DNA from: Candidatus Heimdallarchaeota archaeon
GTDB taxonomy: Archaea; Asgardarchaeota; Heimdallarchaeia; Heimdallarchaeales; Heimdallarchaeaceae
Assembly (NCBI GenBank): GCA_019057815.1
Contig: JAHLWR010000001.1
Span: forward strand, 64,001-128,000
DNA length: 64,000 bases
Reading direction: 5' to 3'
The notes beneath the pieces were generated by a model. That model saw nothing but the letters and a program-made list of their open reading frames with translations. It did no database searches and was not told where the DNA came from. This document shows, one piece after another, positions 1 to 9,543 of this stretch. The position numbers and the translations under genes are program-made. The number at the start of each line of letters is the position of its first letter. Within the stretch, counting starts at the first letter, position 1.

Positions 1-67
1 CTTTTCATCTTCTGAAAGCCAAGAATATTACTTGGTTAAAAAATTGGTGATTAGAGCATTTTTTGTG

Positions 68-1564
68 TTATTGACTCTTTTTTAATCTTCTAACTTTGCT
101 CTTTTTAATGAATTCTTCTTCAGGTGGCCACAAGAATGTTGATACAGTGGTTAGAAGGATTAGAGCTACTGTGGGAACCATAAGAGCTATTAACTGTGTT
201 TCGATTTTCCATCCATCTATGAGAAAAGCTACTAGTAGTGCTATACCACCTAAAACAATTCCAACAATTTCACTTATTGCCGTAATAATTTGTTGAACAC
301 TCATAGTAGATCCGTGTCTTTCTTCCTTAAATCCTATTGAGCTACTATCACCTAATCTTCCACTTATTGATGGAGCATAAGCTGAAGACATTATAATTGA
401 AGTAGCGAGAATTACAGCAATAAGTGGATTATCGAATATTTTCTCAGGTTGATTCATATCTAGGTATCCCAGGAAGTAAGCTATAACCATTGATACAGTC
501 ATCCCTATAATTCCAACGACACCTATAGTTAGTGTTTTTTTTCGTCCTATTTTATCAGCAACATATCCCCATAACGCCATTGGTAAACCCATAATTAAGG
601 TGATTATAATAGTTAAATAGGCTGCAGTATCTGGTCCTGTATCAACAGCTAAGATAATAAAACCCCAATTGTTCAAAATACCGATAATAGAAGCAGTACC
701 TAAAAGAGGTAAAATTATTCCACGCCTTTCCTTGCTAACCATTATTTTCCAAGAAGCTTTAAATTCTTCTTTAAATCTAAATCCCTCTTTTCTTTTCACA
801 GCAGGTTTTGTTTTATCTACCAGTTTGTAGACAATAACAGCACTCATAACTAGACAAAAAGCAAATAGAAGGTAAACATAGATTAAATTATATTCCCTAG
901 TAGGACTCCAATCACCAGAATCTACTGGAGGAGTTTTACCTACAATGACTGTATATAACACTCCAGCTAGAACTACACCTAAAGCCCTTCCTGCAAAGAT
1001 AGCAGTGTTATAAAGACCCATTCTACGAGCTCTTGTTTCATAGACAGAATATCGGGAAATATATGCAAAAGATGAATTAATTTTACACGCTGCAACAACT
1101 CCATGAAGCAGATGGAACAAACTCATCCCAAAAAGGAGTAAACCACAAGCTAATGGAGCTAAACCTATGATACCCTCCCAATTGAGAGCACAGATTCCAT
1201 AGCCTATCAATATCAATCCACCAGCTGAAGTTCCAAAAAGAATCCACTTTTTAGTATCATCCTCATCTGCTCTAAAACCGAAGTAACCCGATGCTAGAAT
1301 AAGACCTATCGAATAGGTTATCTCAACAACAATTACAGCGATATAAAAGAGTGTTCCGCGTAATCCTAAGTGGTGATAAATGAAGATAGGCATAAGAACT
1401 GTTGTACTTCCAAATGCTATGCGTAGAAAGAAAGTAGAGATTATAATTCCATAGATAGATCGATTTGGGTGGGGAATGTTGAATTTATCTCCTTTCATGG
1501 TTGAAAGAGAAGGGGAGGATGGGCTATTAATTTGTTCAGTAGTGTCAGAGCTCATGGAGTTCAA
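68..1564 (-). CDS. MFS transporter
   Basis: About 12 hydrophobic segments; MFS loop motif GYVADKIGRKK in the second half. Confidence 0.85.
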   Translation of the reverse strand: MNSMSSDTTEQINSPSSPSLSTMKGDKFNIPHPNRSIYGIIISTFFLRIAFGSTTVLMPIFIYHHLGLRGTLFYIAVIVVEITYSIGLILASGYFGFRADEDDTKKWILFGTSAGGLILIGYGICALNWEGIIGLAPLACGLLLFGMSLFHLLHGVVAACKINSSFAYISRYSVYETRARRMGLYNTAIFAGRALGVVLAGVLYTVIVGKTPPVDSGDWSPTREYNLIYVYLLFAFCLVMSAVIVYKLVDKTKPAVKRKEGFRFKEEFKASWKIMVSKERRGIILPLLGTASIIGILNNWGFIILAVDTGPDTAAYLTIIITLIMGLPMALWGYVADKIGRKKTLTIGVVGIIGMTVSMVIAYFLGYLDMNQPEKIFDNPLIAVILATSIIMSSAYAPSISGRLGDSSSIGFKEERHGSTMSVQQIITAISEIVGIVLGGIALLVAFLIDGWKIETQLIALMVPTVALILLTTVSTFLWPPEEEFIKKSKVRRLKKSQ

Positions 1565-1751
1565 TCCTTAAAGTTTAAAAAGAATAGGAGACGAGAGTTA
1601 TAAAAACTTGTGCCATGTTGTCTTCAGAGAAAAAATGCATAAGAGAAGGGAACACACTCAAAGGAAAAAGAAAAAAAGGAAAAGATAACAGCTTAAACAC
1701 GAAGATTTCAACTATTATACAAAGAAGAAAAGATTCACATATTACACACAC

Positions 1752-1788
1752 AAGCAAAAAGTATTTAAGAAAGGCACAAAGTATTTAA
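1752..1788 (+). promoter_or_regulatory. Tandem 17-bp direct repeat with 20-bp period (AAGCAAAAAGTATTTAA / AGGCACAAAGTATTTAA), BRE/TATA-like
   Basis: 15/17 identical copies at 1752-1768 and 1772-1788, about 50-85 bp upstream of the ATG at 1836. Confidence 0.5.
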
Positions 1789-1835
1789 TATTGTATATTC
1801 ATAATAATTTAGCAATAGAATAAAAAAGTGATTTT

Positions 1836-2261
1836 ATGAGCGAAAAAGGGTCAGTTACAATTGCACAAATGGTTAGATTAGAAGAGGAAAAGCCTATATC
1901 GTTACCAGAAGAGTTCTTATCAGCTCTTAAACCCGATGGGAAGACTTACGCAGTTTTGATCTTAGCACCTAATACTCGAATTATCAGGATTATTCCTACA
2001 AGTACAAATGAGGTTGCTAAAATCAATATAAATATTGGTAAACTCTCTCCAGACTTCTTGCGTAAAATGGGATCTATTTTCATCCGACTAGGAATTAAAA
2101 CGCTCTATAGCACTGGGCTTTGTTTCACTCAAAGTGCCTGTGTCTACGAAGGATATATAGATTCTGAGGAACTTAACGAAGTCAGTATAGACGAAATTAG
2201 GGAAGAACTTGAACGTATAGAGGGTGTCTCATCGGTCGAAGTTGAGACCCTTACTGCCTAA
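1836..2261 (+). CDS. Probable AbrB/SpoVT-like N-terminal + ACT-like C-terminal regulatory protein
   Basis: N-terminal VRLEEEKPISLPEEF resembles an AbrB swapped hairpin; the C-terminus ends EELERIEGVSSVEV as in ACT domains; GLCxxxxxC motif. Confidence 0.55.
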   Translation: MSEKGSVTIAQMVRLEEEKPISLPEEFLSALKPDGKTYAVLILAPNTRIIRIIPTSTNEVAKININIGKLSPDFLRKMGSIFIRLGIKTLYSTGLCFTQSACVYEGYIDSEELNEVSIDEIREELERIEGVSSVEVETLTA

Positions 2262-3000
2262 TAGGAGCGACCCTTCTGTGGTTCGTCAAAGGAAGAAAAA
2301 AGAGAAACGTCTGACTCTACTTCTTCATCCTTTACGACGAGAGATATACCGACTTGTCTGCGAGACTCCTGGACTTTATTTTTTTGAATTATCTAATATT
2401 TTGACAGCACCTCATGGTACTGTCAATTGGCATTTACGTAAATTAGAAGAAGCTAGTTTAATTAATACTATCAAGTTTGGTGGGAAAAGAGTTTACTATT
2501 CTAAAGCTCTACGTTCAGAGGAAGTAGAGAAAGCTTTCGTTGTTCTCAAGCATGCAACAGCAAGAAAGATTTTTGCTTATATATTGAATAACGATGGATG
2601 TCATCAAACACAGATTGCTCGAGCTTTGGGTGTCCATCACGATACAGTCAGGCATCATGTTGAACGCATGAAAACAGCTAATCTTGTGTCTATTTTTAAA
2701 GATGGACGTAAGACATGTTACTCTTTAGATGATGTGGGGTTGAAGCTCCAAGAAGAGAGTATTAATACAATCTCTAACAGCTATGTTGTAGCTTTGATGG
2801 ACATCTTAGAAGATAATTGTCTTCACCCGGAGATAGAAGAAGTTACTAAAGAGAGTCTAACAATACGTATAGAATGTCCAGGTAAAGAGGACGCTACTTT
2901 CACCATTTCCTTATCACAATGGGAGTTCGATGAGGTATTGGATGAATCTTGGAACGGAGATATTGTTGATTCGAATAAAGTTGTACTAGAGGAAACATAA
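2224..3000 (+). CDS. Double winged-HTH (ArsR-like) transcriptional regulator; true start probably near 2254-2278
   Basis: Two wHTH units: HPLRREIY...GTVNWHLRKLEE and ARKIFAYI...DTVRHHVERM. Confidence 0.8.
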   Translation: MSHRSKLRPLLPNRSDPSVVRQRKKKEKRLTLLLHPLRREIYRLVCETPGLYFFELSNILTAPHGTVNWHLRKLEEASLINTIKFGGKRVYYSKALRSEEVEKAFVVLKHATARKIFAYILNNDGCHQTQIARALGVHHDTVRHHVERMKTANLVSIFKDGRKTCYSLDDVGLKLQEESINTISNSYVVALMDILEDNCLHPEIEEVTKESLTIRIECPGKEDATFTISLSQWEFDEVLDESWNGDIVDSNKVVLEET

Positions 3001-3111
3001 TCTTACACTACTTCGATTTTTAGAATGGTGTTCTTAAGAGAAATCTACTAATGGTAAAAAAAAAGGTTTTTAAGAGCTTTTGTCCCCATCCTTAATAATG
3101 GTGTTTTATCT

Positions 3112-4131
3112 ATGAGTTCAAAAGGGAGTACGTCCAAATCGAAAAAGCTTTCTACAGCAAAAAAAGTTAGTATCAAAACCATATCAAAACAACTTGTTGA
3201 TATACAAAAACAGATTAGTCAAGTAATCGTAGGGCAAAAAGAGGTTATTGAAGCCATGATTACTGCGGTATTAGCAGATTCTCACGCTCTTTTAGAAGGT
3301 GTGCCAGGTGTTGCTAAAACGCTGATGGTGCGTTCATTAGCGAAATCTATTTCTTGTGATTTTAAAAGAATACAATTCACACCAGATCTGATGCCTTCTG
3401 ATGTCACTGGAATCATGGCATATAGACCAGAAACAGGAGAATTTTACTTTAAACAGGGACCTGTTTTTACAAACATTCTGCTATCTGATGAGATTAACCG
3501 TGCACCTCCCAAAACACAGGCAGCAATGCTAGAAGCAATGCAAGAAAAACAGGTCACAATTGAAAAACGAACTGATAAGCTACCAGAACCCTTTCTAACT
3601 TTCGCAACACAGAACCCTATAGAACAAGAAGGAACTTATCCTTTACCTGAAGCTCAAATAGATCGTTTTGCTGTAAAGATTCTAGTTACATACCCTAATG
3701 AGAAGGATGAAGCTGAAATTGTAATGCGTTTCACTGGAGAACACGATTCATATGCAAAATTGGAGGAAATAAAACCAGTTCTCTCTGCTAAAGAAGTGAT
3801 AGAAATTCAGAAATTTGTTCGTAAAGAAGTAACAATCTCTGATGAACTAGTTAAATATATTATTCGCATTGTCAGTTTGACACGAGAAAGTGAAGAAGTG
3901 GAGATAGGCGCAAGCCCTAGAGCAAGCCTTTGGTTAACAATAGAAGCTAAAGCTTCTGCTGTAATAAATGGTAGAAAATATGTTAATCCAATCGACATAC
4001 AAAAAGTTGCTAAAAATGTTCTGCGTCATCGTATTATAATTAAACCTGAATACGAATTCGATGGAACAACTTCTGAGATTATAATTGATCGCATACTTAA
4101 ACACACTCCAGTTCCAAATATTAAAGCATAA
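3112..4131 (+). CDS. moxR: MoxR-family AAA+ ATPase
   Basis: Walker A GVPGVAKT, RIQFTPDLMPSD, DEINRAPPKTQAAMLEAMQE, ATQNPIEQEGTYPLPEAQIDRF, ASPRA. Confidence 0.95.
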   Translation: MSSKGSTSKSKKLSTAKKVSIKTISKQLVDIQKQISQVIVGQKEVIEAMITAVLADSHALLEGVPGVAKTLMVRSLAKSISCDFKRIQFTPDLMPSDVTGIMAYRPETGEFYFKQGPVFTNILLSDEINRAPPKTQAAMLEAMQEKQVTIEKRTDKLPEPFLTFATQNPIEQEGTYPLPEAQIDRFAVKILVTYPNEKDEAEIVMRFTGEHDSYAKLEEIKPVLSAKEVIEIQKFVRKEVTISDELVKYIIRIVSLTRESEEVEIGASPRASLWLTIEAKASAVINGRKYVNPIDIQKVAKNVLRHRIIIKPEYEFDGTTSEIIIDRILKHTPVPNIKA

Positions 4132-4143
4132 AGTGAAAAATAT

Positions 4144-6333
4144 ATGAAACTATCAAAAAAAACTGTGATTCTTACATTTTTTTGTATAGAATTAGCAAGT
4201 TTATTGGTAGTAAGTTGTTTTCTAGTTAACAACAATGATTTTTCTGACACTACAGAAGTTAATGCTCAAGAAGGCAATTTGACTGTTGAAGTGTCTCGCT
4301 ATCAAAAATATTTCAAAAACGACACTTTCTTAACAAATGGTTATCTCTATTGGGCAGAACTTGCAGGTGGAGAACTTTCTCTTTATGGAAATACTTCAGA
4401 TATGTTCTCGTACTCTTTCTGGGACGCTATTGGAAACTATTCTGAAGGTGAAAATTTCTACTTGGAGTCTGATAGGATTGTTGTCCATGTTAGAACTACA
4501 GAATTATATTATCAAATTCGTGGAAATTACTATCCAGACTATTTCCAAGACACAAACTTTGTAGTAATTTTTGACACATTCTGGGCTCAATTTAGCTATA
4601 TAAGCCCTGAAGGTGAAAGTGTTTACGCTCCAATAACCTATTACAACAAACAAATACTTCCGGAAGGGGCAGGGATTGTAAGTTATGCTCCTACAGATGG
4701 AGCAACTATCATAAGAGAGGGAAATGCCTTTGGTGTAGTATGGAATTATGTAGAAAGGGCTATGGATCCTTTTCATAAACCACTAACATATGAAATCACC
4801 TACAATTTCGACCCAATTTACCTCCAATTTACAGAACAAATGTATCAAAATCAGCAGCAACAACAAGAAATAGAGCAGAATAATAGTTTATTGAATTTAT
4901 TACAAACATATTTCAGAATAATTGCTTTCTTTGCAATAGCACTTAGCATTATAGCAGCACTTTTGGGTTATTTAAGGGCAAAAATGAAATTCAAGTCGCA
5001 ATTAAATAAAGCTAAAAATATGCCTAAGCGAATGCTGAAGGATATAGAAGGAGAAACAGAACCAGGTAGAAGAATCTCATCATTATTTAATGTTTTCATT
5101 TTGATTCTAATAATTTCCACTGTAATTCCTCAGACTGATAACTCATCAGCTCCTAGTATTGATATAGCTTACAATGAACAATTAGTTGAGTTAATGGGTT
5201 GCTCACTAATAGAAGAAACCTCTAGAAACATAAATTATCAAACAATTATAGATTTAGGGAAAGATGGTATTGCATATGAAACGGTAATTATGTCTATGCC
5301 GTACTCTGTCACGAATTATAGTATATGGGTTGATACAACTAATGTTATATCATTCAAAGCGTATAATAGTTTAGGCACGCCTGTTTCCTTCCAAGAATTT
5401 TCTGACCGATATCTGATTAATAATGTTCAAGGCTATATAGAATACGAAATTATCAAACCTTATGTTTATTATAATAACAGCGATATTCTTGTCTATCTCG
5501 ATTATTTCTGGCTATATTTTGTTGACCCTGATTTAGATCCAGAGCAAAGTAGTGATAATTATTCGAATGCTGACATTACTTTCACAGTAATCATACCAGA
5601 AGGAGCCATATTATACAGTGCCTCCCCTGAAAATTATTTGACCCTATCTGTTACTCCAGAAGGAAGAAAAAAAGTTACTTTTACTCACTATAATAGAGAA
5701 ATAGATCCCTATCATGATCCCTTCTCAACCCAAGTTACGTTCTCATTTTTCAACGTTATAGAAGCAATTGAGAATCAATCAGCAAGATTTGAACATTGGA
5801 GAGTGGAGACAGACTTAACTCAACAACAAGTAACCTCATTAACGCGTAATTTATTTTTCATAAGCTTGTTGGGGATAATAGCTCCTATTCTAGCTTTTCT
5901 CCTAACTTATTTCATCATGCGAACTAGGATGCTCAAGAAAATCCAAGAGGAAGAGCAGAAGTATGAGTTATTAATTTCAGTCGAAGAAAGTCAATTGATT
6001 GCACTTATAAAAGCTCAAGAAATAGATCTTACTAAGGAACCATGGAAAGCGATGTTAGGAGGGTATTGGGAACTTTTATCGTATTTAAGCCGCTTTACAC
6101 CGATTAACTTGATGGCTGCAAAAGAGGATTTACACGAAAAGACAATCAGAAAATACATTCCCTCATTCTTAATTAATGAAACTCTTGAACATCTCTCAGT
6201 TGGTCAAGGGATATCCAATAGTTGGTTAAAGGGAGAACAGTTGATATACAACCGACAGCAATCTCGTGATTACCTTGAAACAGTTAGTAAACTAACAGAA
6301 AAATTGGAAAAATGGAGGAAGGAAAAACCATGA
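4144..6333 (+). CDS. Membrane protein with two tandem homologous extracellular modules
   Basis: Signal-like N-terminus; duplicated motifs ILPEGAGIVSYAP..DPFH and IIPEGAILYSASP..DPYH, each followed by a coiled coil and a TM helix. Confidence 0.75.
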   Translation: MKLSKKTVILTFFCIELASLLVVSCFLVNNNDFSDTTEVNAQEGNLTVEVSRYQKYFKNDTFLTNGYLYWAELAGGELSLYGNTSDMFSYSFWDAIGNYSEGENFYLESDRIVVHVRTTELYYQIRGNYYPDYFQDTNFVVIFDTFWAQFSYISPEGESVYAPITYYNKQILPEGAGIVSYAPTDGATIIREGNAFGVVWNYVERAMDPFHKPLTYEITYNFDPIYLQFTEQMYQNQQQQQEIEQNNSLLNLLQTYFRIIAFFAIALSIIAALLGYLRAKMKFKSQLNKAKNMPKRMLKDIEGETEPGRRISSLFNVFILILIISTVIPQTDNSSAPSIDIAYNEQLVELMGCSLIEETSRNINYQTIIDLGKDGIAYETVIMSMPYSVTNYSIWVDTTNVISFKAYNSLGTPVSFQEFSDRYLINNVQGYIEYEIIKPYVYYNNSDILVYLDYFWLYFVDPDLDPEQSSDNYSNADITFTVIIPEGAILYSASPENYLTLSVTPEGRKKVTFTHYNREIDPYHDPFSTQVTFSFFNVIEAIENQSARFEHWRVETDLTQQQVTSLTRNLFFISLLGIIAPILAFLLTYFIMRTRMLKKIQEEEQKYELLISVEESQLIALIKAQEIDLTKEPWKAMLGGYWELLSYLSRFTPINLMAAKEDLHEKTIRKYIPSFLINETLEHLSVGQGISNSWLKGEQLIYNRQQSRDYLETVSKLTEKLEKWRKEKP

Positions 6334-7007
6334 AATTTTCAAAATTAATTATATCACTATTTGTATTAACCACTACTCTATCAACGTTATCAATACCTAT
6401 AGGAGTCTTAGGGGAAGAAACGGGTTATACTTCTCCACTTAATTTCTTTCAAATAGGAGGAGACACAAATTTCACAGCTTATGTGGTAGCACCTCTTTCT
6501 TGGGAACTCAATAAACCAGTTAACCTAACACTCTACATTAACGTTACAGTTTTGCCAGAGGGTTCAAACATGACAATAGTTAGTTTATCTTATAGTTACA
6601 ACTTACCTAACAGCCCCTATCCGATTTATCAAACACCCTCAACTCCAAATGAAATGATAACTGAAGCTAATCAACAAGTTGTTGATAGAAAAATTCTTCG
6701 TGCACCCTCTGATGTGGAAGAGTTCAATATAACAATAAAAATCATAGCTAATAGCTCTTCCTCCCCCGAAAATCAAGAATTTGAAATGGAATTTCCTGGT
6801 GATCTTCCATATATAGAAGTTGAAGATACGTCTGCAAATCCTATCATAAACCTACCAGGATTCCCTGAATCTAGAACATTTTGGAGATGGATTTTGATCT
6901 TTTTCGTAGCTATGATAATTATGACTTTACCGGCTTCATATGTTGCTTTCATGAAGATTCAGCAGAATTTGAAAAGTAGGAAGAAGAAAGGAGCGAAGAA
7001 AAAATGA
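6330..7007 (+). CDS. Single-pass surface protein (signal peptide, beta-rich domain, C-terminal TM, Lys-rich tail)
   Basis: MKFSKLIISLFV signal; ATGA overlap with the upstream stop; TM followed by KSRKKKGAKKK. Confidence 0.75.
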   Translation: MKFSKLIISLFVLTTTLSTLSIPIGVLGEETGYTSPLNFFQIGGDTNFTAYVVAPLSWELNKPVNLTLYINVTVLPEGSNMTIVSLSYSYNLPNSPYPIYQTPSTPNEMITEANQQVVDRKILRAPSDVEEFNITIKIIANSSSSPENQEFEMEFPGDLPYIEVEDTSANPIINLPGFPESRTFWRWILIFFVAMIIMTLPASYVAFMKIQQNLKSRKKKGAKKK

Positions 7008-8596
7008 GTGAGAAAGAAACAACTTCACCTTTAGAAAGAGGAACAAGAAAAATGGATGTTCTTATGCGTGCATTTGGTATGAGGACTAGAATCTTTAAGG
7101 GTTCATCTCGTTCTATTGTTAAAGGCACAAGGAAAATTTATCCCTATGAGCTAAATGCAACTGTTATTGAAACAGCAAGAGGTGTAGGTATTCGTATCCA
7201 ACTAGAAAAACTATGGTACACCTTTCTCAAGTTCATACCATTCTTACTACTAATAATTATATCACTTTTATCTTATTTTGTTCCTAGTATAGGAGACAAC
7301 ATTGCTAGTGTAACAGGAGTAAATCCCTTCAAACTAGTTTTAGGTTCAGAACCGGGTTTTATTGGATTATGGATTATACTCCCTATATTAGGTCTGATTT
7401 TTATTGGAGTTGAAATATTAGAAAGAATTATTCGAGCTAGATATATTCAAGACAGAATGCCAAGATTCCTTAGTGGTGCAGAGTGGGAAATAGCAGAACC
7501 TCCAATAGTTTTAGACACAGTATCTACTTCAAGTAATTTATTGTGGTTCATGTATGTAGTAATGATTTTAATTTTCGCGCCTTTATCCTTTTCAGATTGG
7601 GTTTACACAAAATTCCTAGAAGTATACAAGGTTGAATCATCAGCTATTTTCAACACAACAACCTTGATTTCTATTCTAGATATAGCTATTCTATCAGGAA
7701 TGATGTTCGCTATCCTTTACATGAATTATGAGAAATTTAGAGGAAGTTTAGACAGAAAACAGTTTAGATATGATGTAAGGGTGGAAAGCCAAGTAAGACA
7801 AATGATACAAATAGCTACTGGTACCACAATTCTGGCAACTTTTGAATTGGTTCTATTTTATTTCATGTTTTGGAATAATATTACTGTAATCCAAGTAATC
7901 ATTTTTTACGTTCTAACAGTTGCTGCAAGTGTTTTAGGAACGTGGCTTTTCTGGCAAAAAGAAAATTACATCTTCATTGCACTATCTATTTGGTTCTTCT
8001 TGAGTGATGTAGTAATGATTTTCCTCAATGCTAATGACCCTTCATATTCATGGATGATAATTTGTCATCTATTTCTAATTCTATTCATAGTTGGGATATC
8101 ATTAAACAGATATTTTGAAGGTTACCTCGCTAAAAAAGGAATGTATGAACCTAGCTGGATCTTCAACCCATTCCCATTTTTTGCCTTTGTTATACTCTTA
8201 AAGAAGAAGAAGGTAAGAATTACAAAAAGTGTTGATAAAGAACTTGAGGAGATTAGAGATGAGGAAATGGTAACACGAGTTCGAGAGAGAGAACCTTTAA
8301 CCATAGATATAGATAAGATAAAGAAGAAGGGTAAGGGAGCTGATAAAATTATCCAATATTATCAAAAAATTCTTTCACGAATAGTTACTGGGGAGTTTAG
8401 TATTTTATCTATTACCACATTAAATTCTCAAATCTTGGAGTTTTTACGAGAAAAGAAAGAGTTAGTACCTCAAACTAAGGAGCTATTCATTGTAATAGAC
8501 AAATTATTGTGGGAAGACAATTACAAATTACAAAATGGAAGTAAGTATGTAAAAATCGCGGAACAAATGTATGAAATCGTCATTAAGATGAGGTGA
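7004..8596 (+). CDS. Polytopic membrane protein with soluble helical C-terminal domain
   Basis: About 10 hydrophobic segments; ATGA overlap. Confidence 0.75.
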   Translation: MSEKETTSPLERGTRKMDVLMRAFGMRTRIFKGSSRSIVKGTRKIYPYELNATVIETARGVGIRIQLEKLWYTFLKFIPFLLLIIISLLSYFVPSIGDNIASVTGVNPFKLVLGSEPGFIGLWIILPILGLIFIGVEILERIIRARYIQDRMPRFLSGAEWEIAEPPIVLDTVSTSSNLLWFMYVVMILIFAPLSFSDWVYTKFLEVYKVESSAIFNTTTLISILDIAILSGMMFAILYMNYEKFRGSLDRKQFRYDVRVESQVRQMIQIATGTTILATFELVLFYFMFWNNITVIQVIIFYVLTVAASVLGTWLFWQKENYIFIALSIWFFLSDVVMIFLNANDPSYSWMIICHLFLILFIVGISLNRYFEGYLAKKGMYEPSWIFNPFPFFAFVILLKKKKVRITKSVDKELEEIRDEEMVTRVREREPLTIDIDKIKKKGKGADKIIQYYQKILSRIVTGEFSILSITTLNSQILEFLREKKELVPQTKELFIVIDKLLWEDNYKLQNGSKYVKIAEQMYEIVIKMR

Positions 8597-9543
8597 ATAG
8601 TATGTCACTCTCCCGAGAAGAAAGGACAATTAAAGCGCAAGATGATAAGCCCAGAATTCCATTAAGGAAATTGAAGAGACTTGAGATTCTTGCGAAACAA
8701 AGAACGACTAGTTTCCTACAAGGTCATAGAAGATCAGTATTCCGCGGTCCTGGTACTGAATACTCAGATTTACGAGAATATATAGCGGGAGACGATTTAC
8801 GTTATGTTGATTGGAATGCCTCTTCTCGCGTTCCTTTAAAGCTAATTGTAAGAAATTACGAGCAGGAGAGAAATACTAACGTTGTTTTGATGATGGATAC
8901 AAGCCATTCAATGTTACTCGGAGATCCCATCCCAAGAATAAAACTTTCCGTAGAAGCCACTGCTACATTAGCTTACACCATTCTGGATAATAGAGACAAT
9001 TTCGGTTGGGTGTCATTCTCAAACAAGATTCACAAATTTATACATCCTAAAAGCGGTAAAAAACATCTTTACCATGTTTTTAATGAAATGTTTAAAATAG
9101 CACCATTCGGTCGAACAATAATTGGAGAAACCATCCGTGAAGTTTCTTTAGCACTTAAAAGAAGATCAATTATAGTAGTTTTAACAGATTTGCATGGTGA
9201 TCTTTCAGGAGCTATTGATGGTTTTAGGGTTGCAAAGGTAAAAAAACACGAAGTTAAGATTATTCATGTTCATGATCCTGAAGAGTTTCTCTTCCCAAAA
9301 CAACCTCGACAAGTTAAGTTTCAAGATCCTGAAACAGGAGAAATGCATGCTATCAATCTTAGTAATCTTCTAGAACGTGGAAAATACATGTTTGAAGTTG
9401 GAAAACAGATTCGGGAAATCAATGACTTTAAACGAAAAATTAGGGGATTAAATATTGATGTTATTGATGCACCTACAACTGTTCTTTCTGAAAAACTTCT
9501 CCTGGCATATTTTGGATCAAAAAGAAGGGGGTTGAGAACATGA
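8593..9543 (+). CDS. DUF58-family vWA-like protein (MoxR partner)
   Basis: GTEYSDLREYIAGDDLRYVDWNASSR; MIDAS-like DTSHS; VVLTDL. Confidence 0.92.
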   Translation: MNSMSLSREERTIKAQDDKPRIPLRKLKRLEILAKQRTTSFLQGHRRSVFRGPGTEYSDLREYIAGDDLRYVDWNASSRVPLKLIVRNYEQERNTNVVLMMDTSHSMLLGDPIPRIKLSVEATATLAYTILDNRDNFGWVSFSNKIHKFIHPKSGKKHLYHVFNEMFKIAPFGRTIIGETIREVSLALKRRSIIVVLTDLHGDLSGAIDGFRVAKVKKHEVKIIHVHDPEEFLFPKQPRQVKFQDPETGEMHAINLSNLLERGKYMFEVGKQIREINDFKRKIRGLNIDVIDAPTTVLSEKLLLAYFGSKRRGLRT

